Counted from the stretch's first letter, positions 1 to 11,122 are shown. The stretch: DNA of 64,000 nucleotides from an uncultured Alphaproteobacteria bacterium (GCA_963829135.1 CAWHHO010000006.1:47984-111983); one strand, 5' to 3'. The notes: generated by a model not told the origin, from the letters alone. Made by a program: numbers and translations.

Positions 1-246
1 CATGAAGGCGATATGGGTTGGAACGTCGAAACCGGCTTCGCCAAAGACGTCGACTGTGACACCGAGATCGGCGCCGGCATCCAAAGCGCCTTCCTTGATT
101 GTCTGGGTGAAGTCGTTCAGGCCGTGCAGAACGTACGCGATCCTAAGCTTCTTGTCCTGTGCGGCCGTTGGGCCGGTCGATATCTGCATCGCGGAGAGCA
201 ACACCGTGGCAATGACGGCGAGCTTGAAAGTCAATCTGTGTCTCAT
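1..246 (-). CDS. Sugar ABC transporter periplasmic substrate-binding protein, N-terminal part (runs off window)
   Basis: Manual translation MRHRLTFKLAVIATVLLSAMQISTGPTAAQDKKLRIAYVLHGLNDFTQTIKEGALDAG; signal peptide, AGGAGG RBS, downstream of a sugar permease. Confidence 0.8.
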   Translation of the reverse strand, partial: MRHRLTFKLAVIATVLLSAMQISTGPTAAQDKKLRIAYVLHGLNDFTQTIKEGALDAGADLGVTVDVFGEAGFDVPTHIAFM

Positions 247-437
247 GCGAACTCCTCCTGGTCTGCGTTTTCTGAGTTCCTCATCTCATTCACGTCTCTT
301 GCGTGCTTCAGCTTGTCATGAATGGTCCTCCCTGAAAAACCAAACGGCCAGTATCTCCAGCAACCGTTCTCCGTCATTCCGGTGTCGATCAATTTCAATG
401 TAATGCAAAGTTCAGTATGGACATGCCGGTGACACGG

Positions 438-1472
438 CTAGCTTGGACGGCGTTTGATCAGATAGTCGAGTGCGACGGCAAGAATGATCACCGACCCGGT
501 CGACACTGTGGCCCAAGCCGTGTCGATGCCAAGCATCACCAGGCCGTTCTGGATCAGCCAGACAATTATGGCTCCGACAACCGCACCAATCACGGAACCC
601 GAACCACCGGTGAGCGCTGTTCCGCCTATGATGGTCGCGGCAATCACGTATAGTTCCTGTCCTGGCCCACTCGCCGGATTGCCGCCACGCTGAAAGGCGA
701 GAAGCATGACTGCCGCGATTCCGACAATGAACCCCATCAGCGCCATGACCATGATCCGATAACGGTTGACCCGGATTCCGGCATAGTGCGCAGCTTGGCG
801 ATTGCTCCCGATGGCCTGGACGCGGCGGCCGAATGCAGTCTGGTTAAACAGGAACCAGCCGAGGATGGCGACGGCGAACATGACCCAGACGCTCATCCAG
901 ATGCCGAGGAAGCGCGAGCCCATTACGCTGAAAAACCAAACTGTTTGGTCGTACCCGGATACGGGCGAGCCCCCAGACACGAACAGGCCGAGGCCACGAT
1001 AGATGCTGAGTGTGCCAAGTGTGATGATGATTGTTGGAATCCGCAGTGCGACCGCGAGAATCCCGTTTACCAGCCCGCAGACGGTCGCCAACAGGATCCC
1101 GGCAGGGATGATGAGAGCGGGGTGATATCCTTCACGGAACATTACTGACATTGTAACGGATGCGAACATGAGCAGAGCGCCGACCGACAGGTCTATGTCA
1201 CCCATCGAAATCACGAAGACCATCCCGACCGCCATGATGCCGATATAGGAAGACTGGCGAAGGACGGAGACCAGATTATTCTGGGTCATGAAGGTGTCGG
1301 TCGTAAGAGTGAGGAACAGGCAGAGTGCGAGCATTGCGGCTACGACCCCGAAGCCTTCGATGCCACTGATCGCGCGTAACGTCGATTTTATCCCTCCGCC
1401 GGTTGAGCGAGGCGGAGCGCTTGGCGACGTGCTCACGGGGTGCTGCCCCTCGCGGGCCTCCGCATCGCTCAT
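438..1472 (-). CDS. Sugar ABC transporter permease (RbsC-like)
   Basis: Hydrophobic ORF with GDIDLSVG, TIIITLGT and IAATIIGGTALTGGSG motifs; start chosen at MSDAEA. Confidence 0.9.
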   Translation of the reverse strand: MSDAEAREGQHPVSTSPSAPPRSTGGGIKSTLRAISGIEGFGVVAAMLALCLFLTLTTDTFMTQNNLVSVLRQSSYIGIMAVGMVFVISMGDIDLSVGALLMFASVTMSVMFREGYHPALIIPAGILLATVCGLVNGILAVALRIPTIIITLGTLSIYRGLGLFVSGGSPVSGYDQTVWFFSVMGSRFLGIWMSVWVMFAVAILGWFLFNQTAFGRRVQAIGSNRQAAHYAGIRVNRYRIMVMALMGFIVGIAAVMLLAFQRGGNPASGPGQELYVIAATIIGGTALTGGSGSVIGAVVGAIIVWLIQNGLVMLGIDTAWATVSTGSVIILAVALDYLIKRRPS

Positions 1473-1897
1473 GGGTTTCCTCCAAACCGGCCGCCAGACA
1501 GTCATTTTTTGGAACAAAGGTCAATTTGAATTATCCTATGTTTTCATATCGGCGCAGCAGCCGGGCCAGATCGATCTGCCGCTGGAGAGCACGGTTGCGT
1601 GTGGCACGCCACCACGGTTCGGCCTGGCAGAACAAGCTCGAACCCTAACCCCGATCCTTCTTCCAGGATGTCGAGGGGGCAATGGCCAAGTCGATGCGGT
1701 CGGCGACTAGCGCTTGGCGGAGGTCCGACAGATAGCCACGAGTGTGATCACGCTCCTTAAGATCCGCTGTTGATATTGGGACGGGTTAGCGTCTTTAACG
1801 GCGACGGCGCGGCAAAGTTTTCGCTCGGGCTAGAGCCTTAATACTCAGGCGTTAAGTCGGGGACTGAGCACTTCGAGGCGCGGGTGTATCGCCGACG

Positions 1898-1961
1898 ATG
1901 TCTGCTTTCGGCAAATTGGAAATGCTCATCTCACGGCAGAGCTGTGAGGCGCAAAGCTGCC
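1898..1961. repeat. ~64 bp imperfect inverted-repeat unit 1 (ATGTCTGCTTTCGG...GGCGCAAAGCTGCC)
   Basis: Outer arms complementary; related units at 2301-2365, 3749/4850 and 13096-13166. Confidence 0.45.
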
Positions 1962-1980
1962 TGCCGTCGGCCACCGTCAC

Positions 1981-2274
1981 CTATCCTGCTAGAAGCGATG
2001 CGGTAATCGATGTCCACTCCGCGTCAAGTTCGCCAGTCCCCACAGCCTGCCTGGCGCGGTGGTACCAGTAGGCTGCATTGGAAAGATCCCCCTCTTTCCG
2101 GTGCAGATAGGCGTGAACCAATGCGGAGGCCGGATCAGATTCGTTGGCCTGCACACACTCGTGCGCTCGCTGCCAATCGCCATGTCTATCCCACCATAGA
2201 GCCTGGAGAGCGAAGCTGAGACTCGCCGGGGGCTCGACACCCTGAAGGGTCGCACTGAACTCATCAATGCCCAT
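1981..2274 (-). CDS. Conserved hypothetical protein (LWW..GDW..AH...VHAYLHRKEGDLSNA.YWY family)
   Basis: Recognisable small conserved protein motif in ORF 1981..2316; ATG at 2274. Confidence 0.8.
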   Translation of the reverse strand: MGIDEFSATLQGVEPPASLSFALQALWWDRHGDWQRAHECVQANESDPASALVHAYLHRKEGDLSNAAYWYHRARQAVGTGELDAEWTSITASLLAG

Positions 2275-2300
2275 TGTTAACCTCGCGCGAAAACCGGATG

Positions 2301-2365
2301 ATGTTAGCTTTGGCACCCGACCGCTCCCGGCACAATGCCCTTATGAGTTTGGGTTCAAGCCGGAG
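2301..2365. repeat. Degenerate inverted-repeat unit 2 (ATGTTAGCTTTGG...GGGTTCAAGCCGGAG)
   Basis: Same length and similar arms as unit 1; intergenic. Confidence 0.35.
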
Positions 2366-2423
2366 GGCTATCGCGATACCGTCGTGCCGTGTACTCATTT
2401 GATCAGTGCGCGGGAGGCCTCCG

Positions 2424-3716
2424 ATGACAAATGAGGTCGATGTTCTTGATGCCGTCGTGGTTGGTGCCGGCTGGGCAGGGCTCGGCGTCAGCCATGCTCT
2501 GAAACAGCGAGGCCTCAGTCATTGCGTGTTGGAGCGAGGTCGCATCGGCGAGACTTGGCGTACCCAGCGCTGGAATTCGTTCCACATGAACACGCCAAAC
2601 GTGCAAACAGTTATGCCCGGAGACAGCTATGATGGCATCGATCCGGACGGTGTTCTGACACGTGATGCCTTTGTAGCTCTTCTGGAGGCCTTCGCTGCGC
2701 GGAATAGGCTTCCGGTCAAGCGAGAGTGCCCCGTGACCGAACTTGCCGCCGGACTGGAAAACGGAGTGTACCGTCTGACCACCTCGTGCGGCAGTTTTGC
2801 TGCGCGTAACGTGGTGGTCGCCAGTGGCAATCTGAATGTTCCTCGGCGTCCGCCCTGGGCCGCGGCATTGCCGCGCAGCCTTCATCAGATGGACGCTTCC
2901 GACTACCGCAGCGCAGCCGATCTGCAAAAAGGGGCGGTGTTGGTTGTGGGAAGCGGCCAATCGGGCTGTCAGATAGCCGAGGACCTGGCGGAGGCTGGGC
3001 GAACCGTTTTCCTTTCCACGAGCCGGACCGGCCGCCTTCCGAGACGTTATCGCGGACGAGATATCATGATCTGGCTCGTCCAGAGCGGGTTTCTCGATGT
3101 TCGGCGGGAGCAAATCATTCAAACGCTGGGCCGCATTCCGGCAAGGGGCGTACTTGGCTCGACGCGGACCATAAGTCTTCAGTCCCTCAGTGCTCAGGGC
3201 ATCATTCTGCTCGGTCGGATGACGGACGTCAAAAAGGGGGGGCATCTCGCTTTCGCCGATGATGTGAACGACCATCTTCGCTTCGCGGACGAGGCTTCTG
3301 CGAGCGTCAAGCGACAGATCGACGAGTTTATCGCGCGCGCCGGTATCGACGCTCCTACGGCTGAGCCCGATCCTGGGGAGATCGTCGCTCCCAACCTGCA
3401 GAGCCCACCCATCCGCTCGCTTGATCCCGCCGCGGGCGGCATTACGACAGTAATTTGGTGCGCCGGGTTTCGGGGCGACTATGGTTGGGTCCGGCTTCCA
3501 GGGGTGCTGGATGCCGAGGGACAACCGTTGCAGGAGGGCGGCGTTACGGTCCTGCCCGGCATATATTTCGCCGGGGTGGACTTTGGTTCAACTCGCAAAT
3601 CAGGAATAATACTGGCGATCGCCGAAGAGGCTCCCCGCCTCGCCGATCATATAGTCGGACGTTCATTGGAGGCAGGGCACGCGATGCCCGCCTTAAGTTC
3701 CGGTACCTTAATTTAG
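2424..3716 (+). CDS. Flavin-containing monooxygenase / FAD-dependent oxidoreductase (CzcO-like)
   Basis: Two Rossmann motifs (VVGAGWAG, VVGSGQSG), ERGRIGETWRTQRW, IWCAGF. Confidence 0.9.
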   Translation: MTNEVDVLDAVVVGAGWAGLGVSHALKQRGLSHCVLERGRIGETWRTQRWNSFHMNTPNVQTVMPGDSYDGIDPDGVLTRDAFVALLEAFAARNRLPVKRECPVTELAAGLENGVYRLTTSCGSFAARNVVVASGNLNVPRRPPWAAALPRSLHQMDASDYRSAADLQKGAVLVVGSGQSGCQIAEDLAEAGRTVFLSTSRTGRLPRRYRGRDIMIWLVQSGFLDVRREQIIQTLGRIPARGVLGSTRTISLQSLSAQGIILLGRMTDVKKGGHLAFADDVNDHLRFADEASASVKRQIDEFIARAGIDAPTAEPDPGEIVAPNLQSPPIRSLDPAAGGITTVIWCAGFRGDYGWVRLPGVLDAEGQPLQEGGVTVLPGIYFAGVDFGSTRKSGIILAIAEEAPRLADHIVGRSLEAGHAMPALSSGTLI

Positions 3717-3797
3717 CTGAACGCGCTGCCAGCAGACGCGGCCTACCTAAGACCGCTTTTGGTGAACAATCGGCTGCGCCGGAATGACCGCGAATGG

Positions 3798-4835
3798 TCG
3801 GCGGCGAGGGCTTCGCGGTCGATGCGAGCCTGATCCGCGCCGATGTCCATCGGCAGCGTTCGGTTCCGGGCGATGAAGGTCTGCCGCCTGAAGCGATCGG
3901 TCGCGCCGTGCGCGAGTATCTGGATGTGCTCGACGATGCCGCGTTCGGCGGCGCGACACCGGTTCTGCCGAAGCGTATCGCTCTCACCGATCCGGCGTCA
4001 CGCTGGACAGCGGCAACGCGCGAGCGCGCCTTCTACGCCTACAGCACCAACTATCTGATCGACCTCGAACATGCCGTGATCGTTGATGTCGAGGCGACCA
4101 CCTCGGTACGCCAGGCCGAGGTGACCGCCCAGCGCAGGATGATCGACCGCGCGCATTCACGGTTCGGCCTGCGGCCCGAGCGGCTGGCTGCCGACGCCAG
4201 CTATGGCGATGCCGCCAACCTGGCCTGGCTGGTCGAGAGACAAGGGCATCGCGCCGCATATCCCGGTGTTCGACAAATCCGCCCGCACCGACGGGACATT
4301 CGAGCGATCGGCCTTCACCTTCGACCAGAAGGATGACAGCTATATCTGTCCCGGTGGCAAGCGCCTGCGACCTCGAAACCGGAACTTCACCGTCCCCCGG
4401 TCCAATGTCGATCAAGACGGCTTCATTCGGTATCGTGCGCGCCAGCAGGACTGCGGCGACTGCGCTCTACGCCAGCGCTGCACGCCCAATATGCCGGCTC
4501 GCAAGATCATGCGATCAATCCATGAGGGCGCCCGCGACATGGCGCGTGATATCGCCACGACCGACGCCTACGTCACTTCACGAAGGCAGCGAAAGAAGGT
4601 CGAGATGTTGTTCGCGCACCTCAAACGCATACTGAAGCTCGATCGCCTGCGCCTGCGAGGTCCAAACGGCGCCAAAGACGAATTCCTCCTCGCTGCCACC
4701 GCCCAAAACCTCCGCAAAATGGCCAAGCTGATCACCATATTGCCTCTGCCGGGTCCCGTCTGAGGGGCAAGGCGTCGATCGGTCACCGTCGAGCGCCCAA
4801 AACCTTGCTCCGATCATCGACTTCTTCAACAAATC
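3798..4835 (+). mobile_element. IS1182-family element remnant: 5'-truncated, frameshifted DDE transposase plus right end
   Basis: GGEGFAVDASLIRAD, RLAADASYG, RKKVEMLFAHLKRILKLDRLRLRG, FLLAATAQNLRK; end GACTTCTTCAACAAATC at ~4819-4835. Confidence 0.85.
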
Positions 4836-5236
4836 AGGCGCAAAGCAGACGCGCCATTAACGTGAACGTCGGCAAGAGACTGACCCGGCGGTCGTCACGC
4901 CAGGACATGCGCCAATGGTATCGGAGCAAAACGGCCGAGGCTCTAATCGCCGCTGGATGACAGTTCAGTGGCAGGTCACCAGCCCGCCGCGCGGGATGGC
5001 CCGTACTCTCTTCGACAGCGCTTCGGGTTTGTTCAGACCAGAGTCTTCTATGGTGGATCCCATAGACTTCGAAACAGATGCGCGCGGCTGAAAAGGTCAA
5101 GCAGTGGTTTGCCGCATGGGCCGATCGATAGCGATGGGTCTGCTCGCCGCCGTAGGTGTTATGGGGATAGGCCTGATTGTTGAAACGCTGCGCCGATGAG
5201 CGCCCTGTTTGCATCTACCTCTTTCTGCGACGTGTA

Positions 5237-7946
5237 CTACCAGCTAACCGATAGACCGACATTGCCCTCCCAAGCCCTGATATCTTCACCGCTTATGTTT
5301 GTTGTGTAGTCACCTGTCATGTAGAGGCTGAGCCTGTCGCTCAGTTTTGCAATCATGCCGCCACCGATTTCGAGCGATGTACCCCCGAGTTCCGTGACAA
5401 TGTCAGTGCCGGCGAAGGAGACATTCTGATCTGAATCGAACTGCCGCCAAATATTGGCCTTCAGGTAAGGCATGAGTTGGGTACTCCCCAACATCATTTC
5501 ACCCTGTACGCGAACGCCAAGCCGACCGTTGAGGCCATCATCGGCATTGAAGGAAACGTCTGAGAAGCGGTCCTGCTTATCGTCGAAGGACAAATGTTGC
5601 CAGACAAGCTGCGCTTGAGGCTCGATCGTCCAGCCATCGGCGATTGCGAACGGGTAGCCTCCTTCCAGCGATGCGGTTAGCCCAGACCCTTGGATGTCGA
5701 CGCCGATATCGCGCACTGAGGTCGCCTCTCCATCGAACCAGGTGTTCATTACAACCCCGTCGACATACCAACCTCCTGGTCCGATATGCGTCCAATAGCC
5801 GCCAAGGCTGGTGCCATTGAGCTTCACGTCGCCAGCGGCGAAGTGGTCCTGGGCAAGCGCCTGGCCCTTAACGTCGCCATCGGCCCGAACATATCCGAAA
5901 AACAGGCCTAGCCGATCCTCGTGGCCAGGCAGCAACTCAAAACCTGCAACGTCAGATCCAATCTGGAATCCGACAAGCGAACCGTCAAACGATGGCGAGA
6001 CCGTGCCGGACCAACCGATGTCGGCGCTTTGTCCAAAAACCCGGCTCCACGTCGTAGGCAGCAGCCCGGTGCCTTGGAGCAGGTCCTGCTCGCCCCGCCT
6101 CTCATGGAAGGTTCCGAGTGTGGCAGTCCCGAGATATGACGCAAGCGGCGGAACGACGGAATAGGTTGCGACCTCGACGCGGTAGATCGGAGTTGGCTCA
6201 AGTGCCGCAAGGCTTGGCGGTATCGGCAACGCGGTTGGTGGAACCGGGGGGGCTGGCGGCGGCGCAGATGGTGATGCCGCGGCAGGCGCTGGCGGTGGCA
6301 CTGCGGCCGGACCGTTAGGCTGCGCGGGCGGCGGTGCCGGCGGCGGAGGCGGCGGTGCCGGCTCTGGTGGCACTGGCTGCGGGATGACTGGTGGAATAGG
6401 TTGGGTTGGCGACGGTGCCGGAGCCGGAGCCGGCGGCGGTGGCGCGGGCGGATCGGGGACTTGTGGTGTCGGCGGTGGTGGAGGTGGCGCAACCAAGTTT
6501 GAACGGAGATACCAATTCTCTCCTGTGTCGGTAGTCACCCCTCCTTTGAAGAGGAAGTATTCGAAGGCACCAGCCGCCACCGGGCCATTGAGGGAGAACG
6601 CACCGGGCGTCGTGACTGCGCCGCCGGCCGCCTCGACCACCATAATCCCATCGACTGCGGTCACGTCGCCTGGGCCGTTGATATTTACGATGCTGATGCT
6701 GCTCGTTCCCGAGGCGCTTCCGCCGTCAATCACGAGACGATCCGAGGGAGAGGAATCATCACCCAAATTTGTTTCGAGCAACAACAGACCGTTGTCTCCA
6801 ACATAGTTACCGCCGATCGTGAATCGATCCGCAAGGCTGGTTCCGCCATTCGTCAAGTCGATGCGGCCGGCGTTGATGACATCCACCAACTGCCCCGCAG
6901 CAAATGCGTTGATTGCGCCACCGCCTTGCCCGGCAAAAAGCGTGCTCCTGGCGTCGACGCTAAGGGTCCCCGTTCCGGAACCGGTATCGCCAAGTATAAG
7001 CGGACCGTCGAATAGAAGCTCGGTGTCGTTGGTCGCGGCGATGTTTTCCCAATTCTGAAAGCGGCCGACACGGTCAGCCGAAGACATTATCCAGAGTCAA
7101 AAGGTCGTCGCCGAGATTGCCGGCAAAAGCGGTGGTCGCGCCAAGATGGGCGTTGTTGATGTTGCGCATCGTGGCTCGGTCATCGCCTGGGCCGAGATCG
7201 ACAGCTCCGTAGATTATGCCACCGCTATCCCAGGAGAACGTGTCGGGTCCGAAGCTGAGCGTTACATTTCCGCCGATTGCACCGCCGGTTACCGTCACGC
7301 TGTCAGTACCGCCGCTGACGCTTATATTGCCTCCGATGAAGCCATCAGTGAGGATGATAGTGTCATTGCCGAAGCCAGTCACCAGGTTTCGATCGATGGT
7401 GCCGCCCGACATGTCGAAGATATTGTTATCAAGTTTCATGTCCACACGGCCAATACGGCCACCGGTCATCTGCGCGCGGTCGCCATCCTCGAAGAAATCC
7501 ACAACGCGCCCGCCAGACATGAAGAAGTCGTCTAGGTTGTCTCCCTGGCTAAGCGACTGAACCTGCCCACCGGTCATGTCAAACCGGTCGATGCCTGCTC
7601 CCTGCTGGACATTGCCTGTGACGGTGCCCTCGCTGATCGTAAACGCGTCGGCGCCCGCGCCTTGATTGACCGAGCCGGCAATCGTGCCGGAATGCATGTC
7701 GATGACGTCGGCACCAGCGCCAAAGGCGACGTTGCCGTTGATTGTTCCAGTGCCGCCGGCAGGGAAAATTAGCGTGTTGTTACCGCCCAGATCGGAGAGA
7801 CCCCCGCCAGAAAGCCCGCTGTCGCAGACAAAAGTATCGTTACCCACCGTGGGTGCCAGCAGGCACGCGGCACGAACAGGGTCTGGTACCAATAAGAAAA
7901 ACAACGAAAGCGGCGCGGATGAGATTTTTAACGAGAAAAGTCGCAC
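5237..7946 (-). CDS. Autotransporter (Gly-rich passenger, Pro-rich linker, beta-barrel); split by one frameshift at ~7080
   Basis: ORFs 7074..7946 and 5237..7087 join; LGDDSSPSDRLVI, NWYLRS, C-terminal barrel ending GNVGLSVSW. Confidence 0.88.
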
Positions 7947-8186
7947 GCACGGCGCTCCATTGAGACACTCGCCTACACCCGCATACCCACTTCAGATTGT
8001 GAGCTAGATTTTATTCCTGCAATCAATCGTGGGTTCACAACCGAAATTGAGGTCAAGAATTGCAACCTTCTGTGGCAAAGTTGACACTGCGCTGTCGGGA
8101 TAGCCGTCAGGGCGTGCTTCGGAAGCGCCACTGGGAGCGGAGATCTGACCACCTGCTGCGAATTTCAATCCGGAACGCGGGTCAGT

Positions 8187-8211
8187 TGAACCCAAAGAGT
8201 CCATCTGCGTT
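8187..8211 (+). promoter_or_regulatory. Sigma-EcfG/RpoE2-type promoter (TGAAC-N16-CGTT)
   Basis: Near match to GGAAC-N16/17-CGTT, ~30 nt upstream of DUF3606 gene. Confidence 0.55.
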
Positions 8212-8242
8212 GTAGGGTCTAGCAGCAACCTTGGAGGATAAA

Positions 8243-8425
8243 TTGGCAAAAAACTGGAACCACGCGGGGCGCAACCAGGATCGCGCAAAGGTCGCTGTTG
8301 GGCAGGATCATGAAGTAAAATACGAGGCGGGCAAGACTGGCGCCACCAAGGCAGATGTCAAGTCAGCCGTGAAGTCGGTGGGCAATACCCGCAAGAAGAT
8401 CGAGGACAAACTGGATAGCAAGTGA
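8243..8425 (+). CDS. DUF3606-like small stress protein, copy 1
   Basis: GRNQDRAKVA.GQDHEVKYEA.KTG...VKSAVKSVGN.RKK; GGAGG RBS then TTG start. Confidence 0.75.
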   Translation: MAKNWNHAGRNQDRAKVAVGQDHEVKYEAGKTGATKADVKSAVKSVGNTRKKIEDKLDSK

Positions 8426-8610
8426 GGAGAGCGGGGCTGCTTCTTTCAGAGCGGGCTGCGGCTGCCTCATTGTCCGCCGAGAAATCGCCGGCAAATGATG
8501 CCTACCTTTTGCGGGCGATCCATCACACTTTGCGCGGTCCTGCCGAGATAATCGCTCAGCGCTATCGCCTCTACATCGAACGTAAAGACGTGCGCCAGAA
8601 CATGGCATAG
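8422..8610 (+). CDS. Hypothetical protein
   Basis: GTGA start/stop overlap with the upstream gene; no recognisable motif. Confidence 0.3.
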   Translation: MRRAGLLLSERAAAASLSAEKSPANDAYLLRAIHHTLRGPAEIIAQRYRLYIERKDVRQNMA

Positions 8611-8771
8611 CGGCGCCCGAGCCGCGCGCCTGGTAAGGCAGGGCCGCCATGAGATTTCATCGCCGCTGCCCCTGAAGCGAGCGGCACGGCAGGATCGATG
8701 TTGGCGTCGGCGATGCCGCCGATCAGGTTCGATCGCGGCCCGCGACGCAGTCCCGAGGCGTCACAGCTGTT

Positions 8772-9534
8772 TTAGGCCGCTCGGGGAAGATTTCCAATGA
8801 CACCGCCCCAGAGGTTGAGCAGATCGGGAATGTCAAGCGCTGGGATCGCTGGACTTATCAGATATCCCTGAATTTCGATACATTCGTTCTTCCGTAGGAA
8901 ATCCAGATCCTCTTTGGTCTCAACACCCTCTGCAGTGGTGCTCATACCGAGGTCTTTGGCCAGTCTCGTGACCGCCCGAATGATCGCGCTCGCATCTCCG
9001 CCCGATGATAGATTCCTTGTAAAGGATCGGTCGATCTTGATCTTGTCAAAGGGGAAGTTTCGCAGATAGCTGAGGCTAGAATAACCGGTCCCAAAATCGT
9101 CCAAGGAAATTCGGATACCCATGGTGCGAAGCTTGCGCAGCGTTGTCAGGGTCATCTCGCTTTCTTGAAGCAGCACGGTCTCTGTTATTTCCAACTCTAA
9201 TCTGTCCGGAGAGATGCCACCTGCTGCCAAGGCACCCAAACACGGATTCTTGCAAACCGGGTCTCTTGAATTGGATCGGAGAAAGGTTGACTGCGACCTT
9301 AAGGGTGGCAGGCCATTTCGCAGCGTCGGCGCAGGCTTGACGCAGCACCCAATCCCCAATCTGGACTATATGACCTGTCTCCTCGGCCAGAGGTATAAAT
9401 TCGTCCGGGGGAACCATGCCGCGCGTCGGATGATGCCACCGCAAGAGTGCTTCAAATCCACAAATTCTTTCGGCGGCAATATCAAACAGCGGTTGGTAAT
9501 AGACCTCAAACTGCCCAGCCTCCAACGCCTCGCG
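8772..9534 (-). pseudogene. EAL-domain phosphodiesterase fragment, 5'-truncated and frameshifted
   Basis: [49 protein letters not shown] motifs in two frames; 5' end abuts istB remnant. Confidence 0.88.
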
Positions 9535-9909
9535 TATCTGCCCTTCGCACAGGCTGGCGGGCAGTTGCTCTTCCATCTGGTCTCAAAGCTCTACGAGCGC
9601 ACCTCGATCATCATCACCACCAACCTAGCATTCCGTGAATGGCCGAGCGTCTTCGGCGATGCCAAGATGACCACCGCGCTGCTCGACCGCCTTACCCACA
9701 CTGCGAGATCGTCGAGACCGGAAACGAATCCTGGCGCTTCAAAAGCCGATCTCAAAGCTAAAGCCGAAGAGCCAATCATCCGCACCGGTCAGGCTGTGCA
9801 ACCCCGACCAGCTCCGCCTGATCGGGTGCTCATGGGCGTGCCAGTCACCTCCCACAAAGGGGGGCCTATTCGGCGAAAAGAAGGGGTCCCGATTCCACGG
9901 TCATTGACA
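9535..9909 (+). mobile_element. istB: IS21-family remnant: istB 3' end and right terminal repeat
   Basis: [67 protein letters not shown]; end with GGGGCC/GGGGTCCC sub-repeats terminating in TGACA. Confidence 0.85.
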
Positions 9910-11122
9910 ACCCAGACCAAGCTGAAGGCGGCATGTGCTGCAACCTACGACCGCAAGTTTTCTGACATTTGCTTAGCGGCGCAGGCGCAGTAACAAACAC
10001 CGGGGCTAGTGCCTAACACGGAGGGTCGGGTTATGCCCGGCCTTCTTCCGCGCCCTGCGCCATTGTCCATATAGGCCATCGCGGGGGTGACGGGCTTATG
10101 CAATCGGTTTCGCTCTCCAGTCGATCAGAGCCTTGCGTGCCGTAGCTTGTCGGCGCCGCGCAGGTGGCGGACGGTCCCCCCCGCGCCTGGCTGCAACCAT
10201 TGGACGGTGCCGCTCGGTTTCCTGCCGAAACCACGCGGCGGCGATCCAAGGTTTGCTTCGACAAAGGTCTTGAACGCCTCGCCTTTCTGCCGGCCGAACG
10301 TCACGAAGGCGCCGCCGATATATTCACGGCTGCCGGGCTCGCCCATGAGCGCCATGGTCGGCTTGCCCGGATCGCGCTGCACGCCAAGGATTTCATATTC
10401 GGTCTCGGTATAGGCTTTCACCTTCACCCATAGGGTCGTCGAGCCGCTTACATAGGGCGCGTTCCGGCGCGTGCAGACGATGCCCTCAAGCTCCATGCGC
10501 TCGGCCAGCGCAAAAAGCTCCGCAGGCGTACCTGCGAGGCTCTCGGATAGCTGTATCCGGCCTCCGGGGTGGATCAGCCCAGCTAAGCAGGCCCTGCGCT
10601 CCTCTAGCGGCCACTGGCGCCAATCTTCGCCGTCCAGGTAGAGGAGATCGAACGCCATGAAGACCAGCTTGTCGGAATGCGATCGGATGACCTCTTGCAA
10701 CTTGTGAAAGTCGGAATGCCCCGTCTCGCGCGGGTAAACCAGTTCGCCGTCTATGATGGCGCGATCCTGCGTAGCTCGACTGCGGCAGCCTCGGCGATCA
10801 CCGTTAACTTGTCAGTCCAGTCGTGGCCGCGGCGGGTGAAGACGCGTACACCGGCGCCGTCAATGACGATCTGGCAGCGCCAGCCGTCGAACTTGATTTC
10901 GGTCGACCATTCCTCGCCCATGGGCGGCCGATCGACCAGCGTGGGGGTCATGGGCGCAATGAAGCCGAGCCGCGGCACATTGCCTTTCAAATCGCGCGCC
11001 AACTCTTCTCCTTTCGCCGTACGATGCGTCGTATACGTAGAAAGCGCGTAGTTGGTTTGTGCCACGCTTGTTCAGCAATAAAAGTGCTTCGACATCACAT
11101 AAGCGCGAGCGGGGAACGGGCC
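9910..11122. repeat. Copy A of ~1.2 kb inverted duplication (partner 24706-25923)
   Basis: Direct comparison: same ligase, intergenic region and 3' end of the secreted-protein gene, in opposite orientation. Confidence 0.92.
10095..11065 (-). pseudogene. ATP-dependent DNA ligase (LigC/LigD ligase-domain type), frameshifted copy
   Basis: EIKFDGWR, FMAFDLLYLDG, EGIV, WVKVK motifs; 4 nt shorter than the 24762 copy at ~10765, and K>T in EGIVCKR. Confidence 0.85.

Noticed and set aside
308-319. Mini-ORF MTS* with GGGAGG RBS upstream of the sugar-binding protein gene (minus strand)
   Set aside because: Only three codons and no accompanying structure; cannot be separated from chance or a gene remnant
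9214-9993. 259 aa ORF as a novel fusion protein
   Set aside because: Accidental read-through of antisense EAL DNA, istB tail, IS end and a gene fragment; no RBS
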